NCBI GenBank assembly: GCA_031262245.1
Contig: JAISIJ010000212.1
Span: 1-37,955, forward strand
Length of the DNA: 37,955 bases
Source: Oscillospiraceae bacterium
GTDB taxonomy: Bacteria > Bacillota > Clostridia > Oscillospirales > Ruminococcaceae
Direction of reading: 5' to 3'
The stretch's first letter is position 1. Each line of letters begins with the position of its first letter. The translations under genes were made by a program, and so were the position numbers. The notes below the pieces were generated by a model. It saw only the letters and a list, made by a program, of their open reading frames with translations, searched no databases and was not told where the DNA came from. Positions 9,224-17,449 of this stretch are shown here, piece by piece.

Positions 9224-11080
9224 TTACCCCTCAATTGCATCAAACTTACACAAAGTTTTACAAACTCCGCAACCGACACAAGAGGTTTTATCAATCAACG
9301 CTTTACCGTTCATTGATATAGACGGACAACCGATTTTCAAGCAAGCTTTACAGGATTTACATTTATCATTTACATTAAAAGGCTCATTATGCTTAACATA
9401 TTTTAATAACGCACAAGGTCTGCGAGCGATAATCACAGAGGGTTCGGCAACGGCAAGTTCTTCTATAATAACTCTCTCTGTTTCCTCAAGGTTATAAGGG
9501 TCAATAACCGTCACCCTGTTTATGCCTATTGCTTTGCAAAGTGCTTCCAAGTCCACTTTAGTTGCAGGGTCGCCTTTAAGATTTTTACCTGTAGTGGGAT
9601 TCTGTTGATGTCCTGTCATACCGGTAATGGAATTATCCAAAATAATAACCGTTGAATTTGTTGCATTATAAGATACATTGATAAGTGAAGTAATACCGCT
9701 GTGTATAAAAGTACTGTCACCGATTACCGCAACAGATTTACTCTCATTGGTTTTATCCGCTTTATTCATACCGTGTAAAGCAGAAATACTCGCACCCATA
9801 CATATAGTAGTGTCCATTGCAAAAAGCGGTGCTCCTGCTCCCAAAGTATAGCAACCAATATCCCCCGACACTCTGATTTTATTCTTAGCAAGGGTATAGA
9901 ATACTCCTCTGTGTGGACAACCGCTACACATAACAGGAGGACGTCCGGGACATTTCGCATCTATTTTTACAATTTCAGCTGTTTCACCGAAAATCTTTTC
10001 TTTGATAATAGATTGTGAAAGTTCACCGATATATCCGAAAATCTCTTTACCTTTACATTCAACGCCGATAGCTTTACAATGCTGTTCGATTATTCCGTCA
10101 AGTTCTTCGATTATATAAACAGTTTTATATTTTGCCGCAAAATCTTTAATGAGCTTTACAGGCAACGGATTAACAATACCTAATTTAAGGTAAGATACTC
10201 TATCCCCCAAAGCTTCTTTTGAATATTGATAAGCAACGCCGTTTGTAATAACACCTATGTCCGTGTTATTGTCTTCAATGCTGTTCAAGGGTGAAGTTTC
10301 GGCATATGCTGTTAATTTCTTTGTTCTCTCCTCAACAACAACGTGACGAGCCTTTGCAAACGCAGGCATCATAACGTATTTTTGAGGATTTTTCTCATAG
10401 GGTTTTAAAGGAATTTCTTTACGTTCACCTATCTCAACCAACGATTGAGAATGAGCAATTCTTGTTGAAAGACGTATTATAACCGGGGTATCAAACTCTT
10501 CTGAAATATCAAAAGCAAGTTTTGTAAACTCTTTACATTCGGTACTGTCAGAGGGTTCTAACATCGGCACTTTACTTGCAACAGCGTGGTGACGACTGTC
10601 CTGTTCGTTTTGCGAAGAGTGCATACCGCTGTCGTCCGCAACGGCAATTACCATTCCCGCATTAACACCTGTATAACTTGCGGTATACAAAGGGTCGGCA
10701 GCAACATTCAACCCGACGTGTTTCATACCGCAAAAACTCCTTGCCCCTGCAATACTTGCACCTAAAGCCGTTTCCATTGCAACTTTTTCGTTAGGCGCCC
10801 ACTCCGCCCACGCTTTTTTTTCTTCTCTATTATCTTTTGTGAAATTTTCTGCTCCGAGTTCTTTTGCAACTCCATGTGAATTACTATTTTCAAAATAGGG
10901 ATTACTGTTTTTCCCGAGTTCTTCTGCAACTCCCTGTGATTTACTATTTTCATTAAAAAATTTTGAAATGAATTCGGTTATTTCCGTTGAGGGTGTACCG
11001 GGATAACTTGATACAACACTGCAACCTGCCTCATAAAGTCCTCTTGCAAATGCCTCATTACCTATTAATAATTGTTTCAT
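9224..11080 (-). CDS. iorA: Indolepyruvate:ferredoxin oxidoreductase alpha subunit, with an N-terminal in-frame insertion
   Basis: GNEAFARG, YPGTPSTE, NEKVA, KHVGLNVAAD, HSSQNEQD, RPPVMCSGCPH, GDSTF, C-terminal 2x[4Fe-4S] Cys motifs. Confidence 0.97.
   Translation of the reverse strand: MKQLLIGNEAFARGLYEAGCSVVSSYPGTPSTEITEFISKFFNENSKSQGVAEELGKNSNPYFENSNSHGVAKELGAENFTKDNREEKKAWAEWAPNEKVAMETALGASIAGARSFCGMKHVGLNVAADPLYTASYTGVNAGMVIAVADDSGMHSSQNEQDSRHHAVASKVPMLEPSDSTECKEFTKLAFDISEEFDTPVIIRLSTRIAHSQSLVEIGERKEIPLKPYEKNPQKYVMMPAFAKARHVVVEERTKKLTAYAETSPLNSIEDNNTDIGVITNGVAYQYSKEALGDRVSYLKLGIVNPLPVKLIKDFAAKYKTVYIIEELDGIIEQHCKAIGVECKGKEIFGYIGELSQSIIKEKIFGETAEIVKIDAKCPGRPPVMCSGCPHRGVFYTLAKNKIRVSGDIGCYTLGAGAPLFAMDTTICMGASISALHGMNKADKTNESKSVAVIGDSTFIHSGITSLINVSYNATNSTVIILDNSITGMTGHQQNPTTGKNLKGDPATKVDLEALCKAIGINRVTVIDPYNLEETERVIIEELAVAEPSVIIARRPCALLKYVKHNEPFNVNDKCKSCKACLKIGCPSISMNGKALIDKTSCVGCGVCKTLCKFDAIEG
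10854..10952. repeat. Intragenic direct repeat, 39-bp core with 60-bp period, in iorA
   Basis: 10854-10892 vs 10914-10952, 36/39 identical; encodes ENSKSQGVAEELG and ENSNSHGVAKELG. Confidence 0.92.
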
Positions 11081-11110
11081 TTATATTTTTGTTTCTCCTC
11101 TGAAATTCTT

Positions 11111-11269
11111 TTATCTGTTATATCTTTCTAAAGCCTTTTCTTCTCGCCACTCTATATCTGTTTTAGTATCTATTTCATCATTCGGCGGAATAATTCCGAC
11201 CCAACTATTCACAATTGCTTCTTTTTCTTCAAAAGATAATTTACAGGAATACTCTTGATTTTTATCCAA
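11111..11269 (-). CDS. 52-aa hypothetical protein, antitoxin-like; probable TTG start at 11269
   Basis: GAGGGGG RBS; fills the paaK-iorA gap; SWVGIIP...REEKALERY resembles C-termini of small PIN-toxin-associated antitoxins (my pattern recognition). Confidence 0.55.
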   Translation of the reverse strand: MDKNQEYSCKLSFEEKEAIVNSWVGIIPPNDEIDTKTDIEWREEKALERYNR

Positions 11270-11282
11270 ACTGCCCCCTCTA

Positions 11283-12599
11283 TTACTTAACCTCATCTCT
11301 CAAGTCAACGATACGTTGGGCTTTACCTCCGGTTCTCTCCATAGATTTATGTTCAACCAACGATACTTTACAGGAAATCTCAAGGGTTGATTTAAGGCTC
11401 TTTTTAATATTTGTTTTTAAAACATCAAGTTCGGTGAATTTTTCAAGGAGCGAACCGTCTGCCAATTCAACCTTAACTTCTAACTCGTCCGTGGAATGTG
11501 TTCGAGTGAGAACAAGCTGATAGTTTGGAGAAATTTGTGTAAATGTAACAAGAACACTTTCAATCTGTGAGGGGAATACATTAACACCTCTGATTTTAAG
11601 CATATCGTCACTTCTGCCCTTGATTTTAGACATTCTTGCAGTTGTTCGTCCACATTGACAACCGTCATAGCTTATTTGGGTAATATCTTTTGTGCGATAA
11701 CGCAACATAGGTATCCCCTCTTTAGTAAGAGTTGTAATAACCAATTCACCTTGAGAACCCCTCGGCAAGACTTCAAGTGTCTTACTGTCGATAACCTCCG
11801 CAAGAAAATGGTCTTCGTTAATGTGCATACCTGTCCTGTAAATACAATCTCCCGATACACCGGGACCCATAAGTTCGCTCATACCGTAATTATCTGTTGC
11901 AAAGAATTTATTATGCGAATTTGAAAAACTCTCTTCAATTCTGTCACGGAAACCCTCTGTGCAACCCTCTGAACCGAAAAGTCCCAATTTAAGGTGGATA
12001 TTCTCCTTAACACCTGTTTCTTCAATAAGTTCCGCAATATGTTGTGCATATGACGGAGTTGAAACAAGACCTGTTGTTTTAAAATCCTGCATAAGCATAA
12101 TCTGTTTTGCTGTATTGCCGCTTGAAGTCGGAACAACTGTTGCACCCACTTTTTCAAGTCCGTAATGCAAACCCAAAGCACCCGTAAATAATCCGTAATT
12201 GAAAGAAATCTGAATAACATCATCCTCTGTTGCTCCCGCCGCCATAACAATACGAGCAACACAATCCGACCATATATCCAAATCTTTCTTTGTATATCCC
12301 ACAACTGTAGGTTTCCCTGTTGTGCCGCTTGAGGCGTGTAAACGTACTATTTTCTTCAGCGGTTGCCCGAAAAGCCCGAAAGGATAGCTGTCTCTTATGT
12401 CCTCTTTGGTGGTGTAAGGGATATTTTCAATATCTTTAAGGGATTTTATCTTCTCGGGTGTTACCCCGGCATCAGATAATCTTTTTGCATAAAAAGGCAC
12501 ATTGTCTATACAGAATTTTACTAAATGTCTAAGACGTTCAAGTTGTAGCTCTTCAATTTTCTGTCTTGGCATTGTTTCAATATCTTTTTGAAAAAACAT
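11283..12599 (-). CDS. paaK: Phenylacetate--CoA ligase family protein (copy 2); start ATG at 12599 (MFFQKD)
   Basis: RLHASSGTTGKP, YGLFTG, DNYGMSELMGPG, RYRTKD, GRSDDMLKIRGVNVFPSQIE. Confidence 0.95.
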   Translation of the reverse strand: MFFQKDIETMPRQKIEELQLERLRHLVKFCIDNVPFYAKRLSDAGVTPEKIKSLKDIENIPYTTKEDIRDSYPFGLFGQPLKKIVRLHASSGTTGKPTVVGYTKKDLDIWSDCVARIVMAAGATEDDVIQISFNYGLFTGALGLHYGLEKVGATVVPTSSGNTAKQIMLMQDFKTTGLVSTPSYAQHIAELIEETGVKENIHLKLGLFGSEGCTEGFRDRIEESFSNSHNKFFATDNYGMSELMGPGVSGDCIYRTGMHINEDHFLAEVIDSKTLEVLPRGSQGELVITTLTKEGIPMLRYRTKDITQISYDGCQCGRTTARMSKIKGRSDDMLKIRGVNVFPSQIESVLVTFTQISPNYQLVLTRTHSTDELEVKVELADGSLLEKFTELDVLKTNIKKSLKSTLEISCKVSLVEHKSMERTGGKAQRIVDLRDEVK

Positions 12600-12636
12600 T
12601 TTTTTAATCTCTTCTTTTCTTCTCAAATTTTATTTT

Positions 12637-15282
12637 TTAAATATCGCTGATTTTTCTCAAAGCGGAAAGTTTCTTTTTCAAAGAGGGAAACATTATAATT
12701 ATAAATAAAATCAAACCGCCGAAACTCATTAATATACCGTCTTCTAGTCCGGGTGTTGAATAACGAAAACGAATTACAGTCTCTCCCTGCGGCACTTTAA
12801 CTGCCATAAGACCGCTGTCAACTATTTCAATCTCTGCGGGTTTGCCGTTTACTGTTGCATTCCACCCCTCGGAATAAGGGATACTGAAAAATACCAAACG
12901 GCTTTTGTCAAGATTGATTTTTGCCTCAAAACCCTTTGTGTCATATTCAAAACTGTAACAGGACATACTGCGGCGTTCTTCACAAGCTTTTACATATAAA
13001 TCCCTGTCGTCGGCATAGAGATTTTCGGGCATAGGTTTGATAATATCGCTGTATTTTTCAATTTGTTCTTCTGACAGCAACATTGAATTCATTAACGCAT
13101 TAACCGTGGCAACAGACATTTGTTCTTCATTATCTTCGTATCTGTCCTCGTCAAATTCGTCTTTTTCGTGTTCTTCTTTATAGTCGTCTATAGTTTCTTC
13201 TGTAATATAGTAATCATACGCAAAACCTATCGGAACATAATTCTTGTTTTCATAAACATCATACTCTGCTTGCGTTCCTGTTTTCTCAAAACCCGGAAGC
13301 TTTCTCTCAAGCTGTGAAAAATCCGCAAGACTTAACTTTGCATCTTTATTTTCAAGATAATATTTAACGGAGAGTAAGCCGTTTACAGCATAAAAATCTG
13401 TATTCGGAGAAAGATGTTGGGTTGATTGTGCTAAATCGAAATCATAATAAAAATCATAGAGAGAGGAATTGGCAGTATTATGGAATATATTTATTCCTGA
13501 ATTTTCCCAAAATAAATGAAAATTCTTAAAATCGTCATTGGTATTTGTTCTGTAATATCCCTCGTCGGGAAGACTAATCTCACCCTTGATACTGCTTAAA
13601 ATATAAGTATCTTTCGGAAAAGAATATACTCTGTAAAAATTTATACCCATTGTAACCGCACAGCACAAAGCCGTGAGATAGAGTAACGCTCTGCCGGTAC
13701 GTTTTTTTTTAATAACACAATTATACAAAAGAATATAGGTAACGACAACAAAGAGTAAACAGAGCATATAAGCTGTTAAATCGGGAGCAAATTCGCCCCA
13801 AACAGATTTTACAATTGTTGAAGTGCTACCCTCGGCAATATCACTCAAAAGTTCTTTTTCGTCTTTACTTTTTATGGCTTCCTGAAATTGTACAGGAATA
13901 TATGCTATTAAGCTGAAAATCAATAATACAAACGCCGTAATTTTAAACGCCGATTTATAACTGTCTTTAACAGGTTCGGGGAACACCCCCACCATTATAC
14001 TGTCCTCATTCTGCTTTGAATCGGTAACACCCAAGGAATAGTACTCCTCACGCAATTCCTGTACTGCATATGCCGTCATAACACACAAAAGCAAAATCGG
14101 CATATAAAACCAACGTGCATAGTGAACATGACCCATAAACAAATTGAAAGATGAATTGAGAATAGGTATTAAAGCAAATATAAGACAAACAGTTGAGATT
14201 TTAGTCAGCCAATGTTTTTTGTGATTTTTTATAAATGCTATTACCCCAATCATACCGAAAAGAGGTAAGAAAATCGCCGTTGACGACCATTTTTGGTCAC
14301 CGTCAAACAACAAGGGATATGCCGGCATATCGGGCATCATAAACATAGTACGGATTATCTCCGTAAAGACATTTGCCTGTGTGAAAAACAACCAATCGTT
14401 TCCGTATAAACGCTCACTTAAACGGTTATTACTCGAAAGATGAATAAGGGTAGGCATTAAAACAAACCCTGCCATTAACACACCCGCTAAACCCTCAATT
14501 ACAATGGAAAAGAATTTTTTCCAAGTGACTGGAAAGTCTTTATTATCAGCCTCAACAGGTTCTAACTCAATTTTTATAAAAGAAGTTTTACCGATTTTTG
14601 AGAGTTTTGCAGCGAGATTTCTAATCAGCACAAAGATATTGCAACGAACACAGAAATATATTATACAAAAAACAATTTCAGCCGAGAAGAAATAATAGTT
14701 AAGTACTGCAGAAAGCATTACGGTTAAAGCGAACCAACCTTTTTTGTTGTTTTGGATTAATTCCTCCAAAGCAATTAACAAAAGTGGGAAAAACGTAAAT
14801 ACTTCGGCAAAATCGGGGTAAAATAGATTATTGGCTTGAAAACCGCTGAACGCATAGAGAAAAGAACCTATCAAACAGGCATTTTGAGATTTAACAAAAC
14901 GTTTAATATATAAATAGGCAAAAACCCCCGATAAAGCTATTTTAAAGCACATTAAGTATGGAAAAAGGAACGGCACAAAGCTTGTGGGAAAAGGAATTGT
15001 CAACCAGAAAAACGGCGACGTTATACAATAATAAGAATACATTCCTATAAAATCCGAACCCAAGCCATTGGTGAAATCCCAAGCTGTCTGACCGCTGCGA
15101 ATTGCTCTGTGAGCGTCAATATAAAAAGGCATTTCAACGAGATTATAATCACCGTAAAAATAAAAATATCCCTTTGCCATAATTATATCAGGCAAACAAA
15201 TCAAAAACATCAACAAAAAAATTGATACAAACAAAAACCAAACCGGGTGATTTCTGATAAAATTATCTAACTTTTTAGGCAT
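12637..15282 (-). CDS. YfhO-family GT-C-type membrane protein; start ATG at 15282 (MPKKLD)
   Basis: GDY, GLGSDF...YY...SPF, LYAFSGF, RWFY, LLSVKY, FSIPYSEGWNATVNG...PG; AGAGGT RBS. Confidence 0.9.
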   Translation of the reverse strand: MPKKLDNFIRNHPVWFLFVSIFLLMFLICLPDIIMAKGYFYFYGDYNLVEMPFYIDAHRAIRSGQTAWDFTNGLGSDFIGMYSYYCITSPFFWLTIPFPTSFVPFLFPYLMCFKIALSGVFAYLYIKRFVKSQNACLIGSFLYAFSGFQANNLFYPDFAEVFTFFPLLLIALEELIQNNKKGWFALTVMLSAVLNYYFFSAEIVFCIIYFCVRCNIFVLIRNLAAKLSKIGKTSFIKIELEPVEADNKDFPVTWKKFFSIVIEGLAGVLMAGFVLMPTLIHLSSNNRLSERLYGNDWLFFTQANVFTEIIRTMFMMPDMPAYPLLFDGDQKWSSTAIFLPLFGMIGVIAFIKNHKKHWLTKISTVCLIFALIPILNSSFNLFMGHVHYARWFYMPILLLCVMTAYAVQELREEYYSLGVTDSKQNEDSIMVGVFPEPVKDSYKSAFKITAFVLLIFSLIAYIPVQFQEAIKSKDEKELLSDIAEGSTSTIVKSVWGEFAPDLTAYMLCLLFVVVTYILLYNCVIKKKRTGRALLYLTALCCAVTMGINFYRVYSFPKDTYILSSIKGEISLPDEGYYRTNTNDDFKNFHLFWENSGINIFHNTANSSLYDFYYDFDLAQSTQHLSPNTDFYAVNGLLSVKYYLENKDAKLSLADFSQLERKLPGFEKTGTQAEYDVYENKNYVPIGFAYDYYITEETIDDYKEEHEKDEFDEDRYEDNEEQMSVATVNALMNSMLLSEEQIEKYSDIIKPMPENLYADDRDLYVKACEERRSMSCYSFEYDTKGFEAKINLDKSRLVFFSIPYSEGWNATVNGKPAEIEIVDSGLMAVKVPQGETVIRFRYSTPGLEDGILMSFGGLILFIIIMFPSLKKKLSALRKISDI

Positions 15283-15310
15283 ATTGTAACCTCTGATAAA
15301 AAATCGAATA

Positions 15311-15814
15311 TTATATTTTATAAGGCGGAACAGGTGCAATACAACCCACAATGTGATTGATGTCGGTTATATCAATAAAAGCATATGAGGGAACACCGCC
15401 GTCTCGCGGAGAACTTACACTACCGGGGCAAATGTAGTAAACCCCGTCTTTAAAGATAATATCGGGTTTATGTGTATGACCGTAGAGTACTATATGTGCT
15501 TTGGTCTTTTCAGCCAAATCCTCAAGCTGTGTAAGGGAGTATTTAACATTTTGCAGATGACCGTGAACAGCGGTGACAGTAACATTTGAATATTCAAGAG
15601 TTGTATTAAATAATAAGGGTACTGTACTTCCGAAATCGCAATTCCCACGCACACGATAGATATTTTTATCGGGATATTCGCGTATTATCTGCAAAATGTC
15701 TTCCTCTCCGTCTCCCAAGAAAAAAACTGTTTTTACATCCGCATTAATCTGCATAACCTCTCTCAACGGCGAAATCCTACCGTGACTGTCACTCATTACA
15801 AGTATTCTTCCCAC
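15311..15814 (-). CDS. YfcE/YsnB-family metallophosphoesterase
   Basis: SDSHG, LGD, VRGNCD, HGH, GHTH, PGS motifs. Confidence 0.93.
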   Translation of the reverse strand: MGRILVMSDSHGRISPLREVMQINADVKTVFFLGDGEEDILQIIREYPDKNIYRVRGNCDFGSTVPLLFNTTLEYSNVTVTAVHGHLQNVKYSLTQLEDLAEKTKAHIVLYGHTHKPDIIFKDGVYYICPGSVSSPRDGGVPSYAFIDITDINHIVGCIAPVPPYKI

Positions 15815-15833
15815 TTAATACACCTCTGCATTT

Positions 15834-15863
15834 TCATATTCCGGTCGATTATATCATATAAAT
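15834..15863 (+). promoter_or_regulatory. Putative sigmaE (mother-cell) promoter
   Basis: TCATATT-14 nt-CATATAAAT upstream of the operon ending in bofA. Confidence 0.6.
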
Positions 15864-15876
15864 TAATATAAAGCAA
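15848..15876 (-). promoter_or_regulatory. Putative sigmaA promoter for the yfcE-yfhO-paaK-ior block
   Basis: Minus strand TTGCTT-17 nt-TATAAT with extended -10 TG. Confidence 0.7.
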
Positions 15877-15914
15877 GAAAAAAACTTTTTTTCCTTGCTT
15901 AGAAAGAGGAAAAT

Positions 15915-16139
15915 ATGAACCACATAGTCAAAGCACTTTCAAAAGAATTAGGTGTTGCTCCTCAGGAAATAGAAAAAGCATATAAATCAGGTGCATATAA
16001 TGATATGCTCAGAAATATGCCTAAATCACTTCAATTTCAATTTGCAACAAAAATGAATAACCCACAGGCGATTGAAAGGCTGATGTCAACACCGCAAGCA
16101 CAGTCGTTGATTCAGAAAATTAAAGAAAATGAATCTTGA
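15915..16139 (+). CDS. Small hypothetical protein, probably sporulation-associated
   Basis: AGAGGA RBS; helical; C-terminal ERLMSTPQAQSLIQKI; first gene of the operon. Confidence 0.75.
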   Translation: MNHIVKALSKELGVAPQEIEKAYKSGAYNDMLRNMPKSLQFQFATKMNNPQAIERLMSTPQAQSLIQKIKENES

Positions 16140-16419
16140 TAATATTCTTAACGACCCCGAAAGTTTACAGAATATAAAAGAACTCGCCGAAATGTTCAAA
16201 GACGAGTTTAATTTAGGCGACAATAACGACTTATTCGGAATGTTAAACGGTTTAATCGGCACCGGTGAAAACAGTAAGAATATTGAATTATTAGTCGCCT
16301 TAAAACCTCATTTAAGTGAGGAAAAACAACTTAAAGTTGATAAAGCAATTAAAATACTCAAACTCATTGAATTGCTTATTACATTAAATGAAACAGGATT
16401 ACTTAATGACATATTATAG
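16129..16419 (+). CDS. Hypothetical protein, probably sporulation-associated
   Basis: Overlaps previous stop; ILNDPESLQNIKELA and LLVALKPHLSEEKQLKVDKAIKIL pattern familiar from clostridial hypotheticals. Confidence 0.8.
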   Translation: MNLDNILNDPESLQNIKELAEMFKDEFNLGDNNDLFGMLNGLIGTGENSKNIELLVALKPHLSEEKQLKVDKAIKILKLIELLITLNETGLLNDIL

Positions 16420-16768
16420 TAAGCAGGAGATTGACCGTCTGAGAGAGGACGCCATTCGCCGCACACAAGAGATGTATTCACGTTCAAGAAGTCGGGAAAT
16501 TCCTCCCTCCGAAAACTTTTCGGAGGAGTTTTCGCCGCCCCCTTTGCAATATATCCCTCCGCCTGTATCTCAAAATCCACCGCCGCATATGCCGCCGCCT
16601 GAAAATCCGCCCCCTTTTATGCCGCAAAATCCCTCTCCCTTTGCAAACATTTTAAGCGGAAAAAAATTGGACAAAGACAGCTTGATTTTATTAGGCTTAT
16701 TATACTTATTGTATAAAGAGAACGCAGATAAAAAATTATTATTGGCGATTTTGTATATTTTCTTTTGA
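16406..16768 (+). CDS. Pro-rich hypothetical protein; probable start ATG at 16406
   Basis: DAIRRTQEM N-terminus, QNPPP repeats, C-terminal DSLILLGLLYLLYKENADKKLLLAILYI. Confidence 0.8.
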   Translation: MTYYSKQEIDRLREDAIRRTQEMYSRSRSREIPPSENFSEEFSPPPLQYIPPPVSQNPPPHMPPPENPPPFMPQNPSPFANILSGKKLDKDSLILLGLLYLLYKENADKKLLLAILYIFF

Positions 16769-16805
16769 TTATCCTATACTGTTAACAATAGAAACAGGAG
16801 GAAAT

Positions 16806-17051
16806 ATGTCAAAGAAATTTATATATAAACGGGATATTTTTTCACAGGAATTGATTAATGACATACGTTTAATTTGTGAACGCCGAAAAAATTTAGTCCA
16901 CCGTTATAATCATATTTTGGATTCCGACCTTATCGAAGCGAATATATATGAAGAATTATCCTTAAAAGCCAGATATAATTATCTCTTAAAACTTGCAAGA
17001 GATAATGAAATACCTTTAGACAACAGATGTTACTATGTTGAAAAAATTTAA
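16806..17051 (+). CDS. YaaL/DUF2508-family protein
   Basis: CAGGAGG RBS; DSDLIEANIYEELSLKARYNYLLKLAR; adjacent to bofA as in Bacillus. Confidence 0.8.
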   Translation: MSKKFIYKRDIFSQELINDIRLICERRKNLVHRYNHILDSDLIEANIYEELSLKARYNYLLKLARDNEIPLDNRCYYVEKI

Positions 17052-17063
17052 CGGAGCAAACAA

Positions 17064-17318
17064 ATGAATGATTTTATATTTTACGGAATATGGGCAGTAA
17101 TAGGGTTGATAATGTTGCTGTATTATGCCAAACGAAAAAAAACTTTTATCTCAAGTGTTTTGGGAATGGGCAGCGGAATGGCGGCTTTACTTGTCTTGCA
17201 TTATTTCGGTGAAAGTATCAACTTTGCCCCCGAACTCTCAATGTTTAACACCCTAACCGCCTTAATCCTCGGTGTCCCCGGAGTGATTATGATGATTATA
17301 GTAAATCGGCTATTGTAA
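17064..17318 (+). CDS. bofA: Pro-sigmaK processing inhibitor BofA family
   Basis: Three hydrophobic segments, FN...ILGVPGV motif, downstream of yaaL-like gene. Confidence 0.85.
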   Translation: MNDFIFYGIWAVIGLIMLLYYAKRKKTFISSVLGMGSGMAALLVLHYFGESINFAPELSMFNTLTALILGVPGVIMMIIVNRLL

Positions 17319-17449
17319 ATCGGCTAATGCCGATTTACAATTAATAATTAGTATAGTAAATCGACTGTCGTCGATTTACAATTAATAATTAGTAATGTAT
17401 AATTAGTAATTATAATTATTAATTCCTAATTCCTAATTACTAATTATTT
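17312..17449. repeat. Family B element: two GT...AC hairpins plus inverted heptamer arrays; may act as a bidirectional terminator
   Basis: attgtaaatcggc-taat-gccgatttacaat and gtaaatcgac-tgtc-gtcgatttac, each followed by aattaataattagta; closes with attactaattatt. Confidence 0.88.

Noticed and set aside
10815-10960. Intein or self-splicing intron in iorA
   Set aside because: Too short; no C/S...HN ends and no group I/II features.
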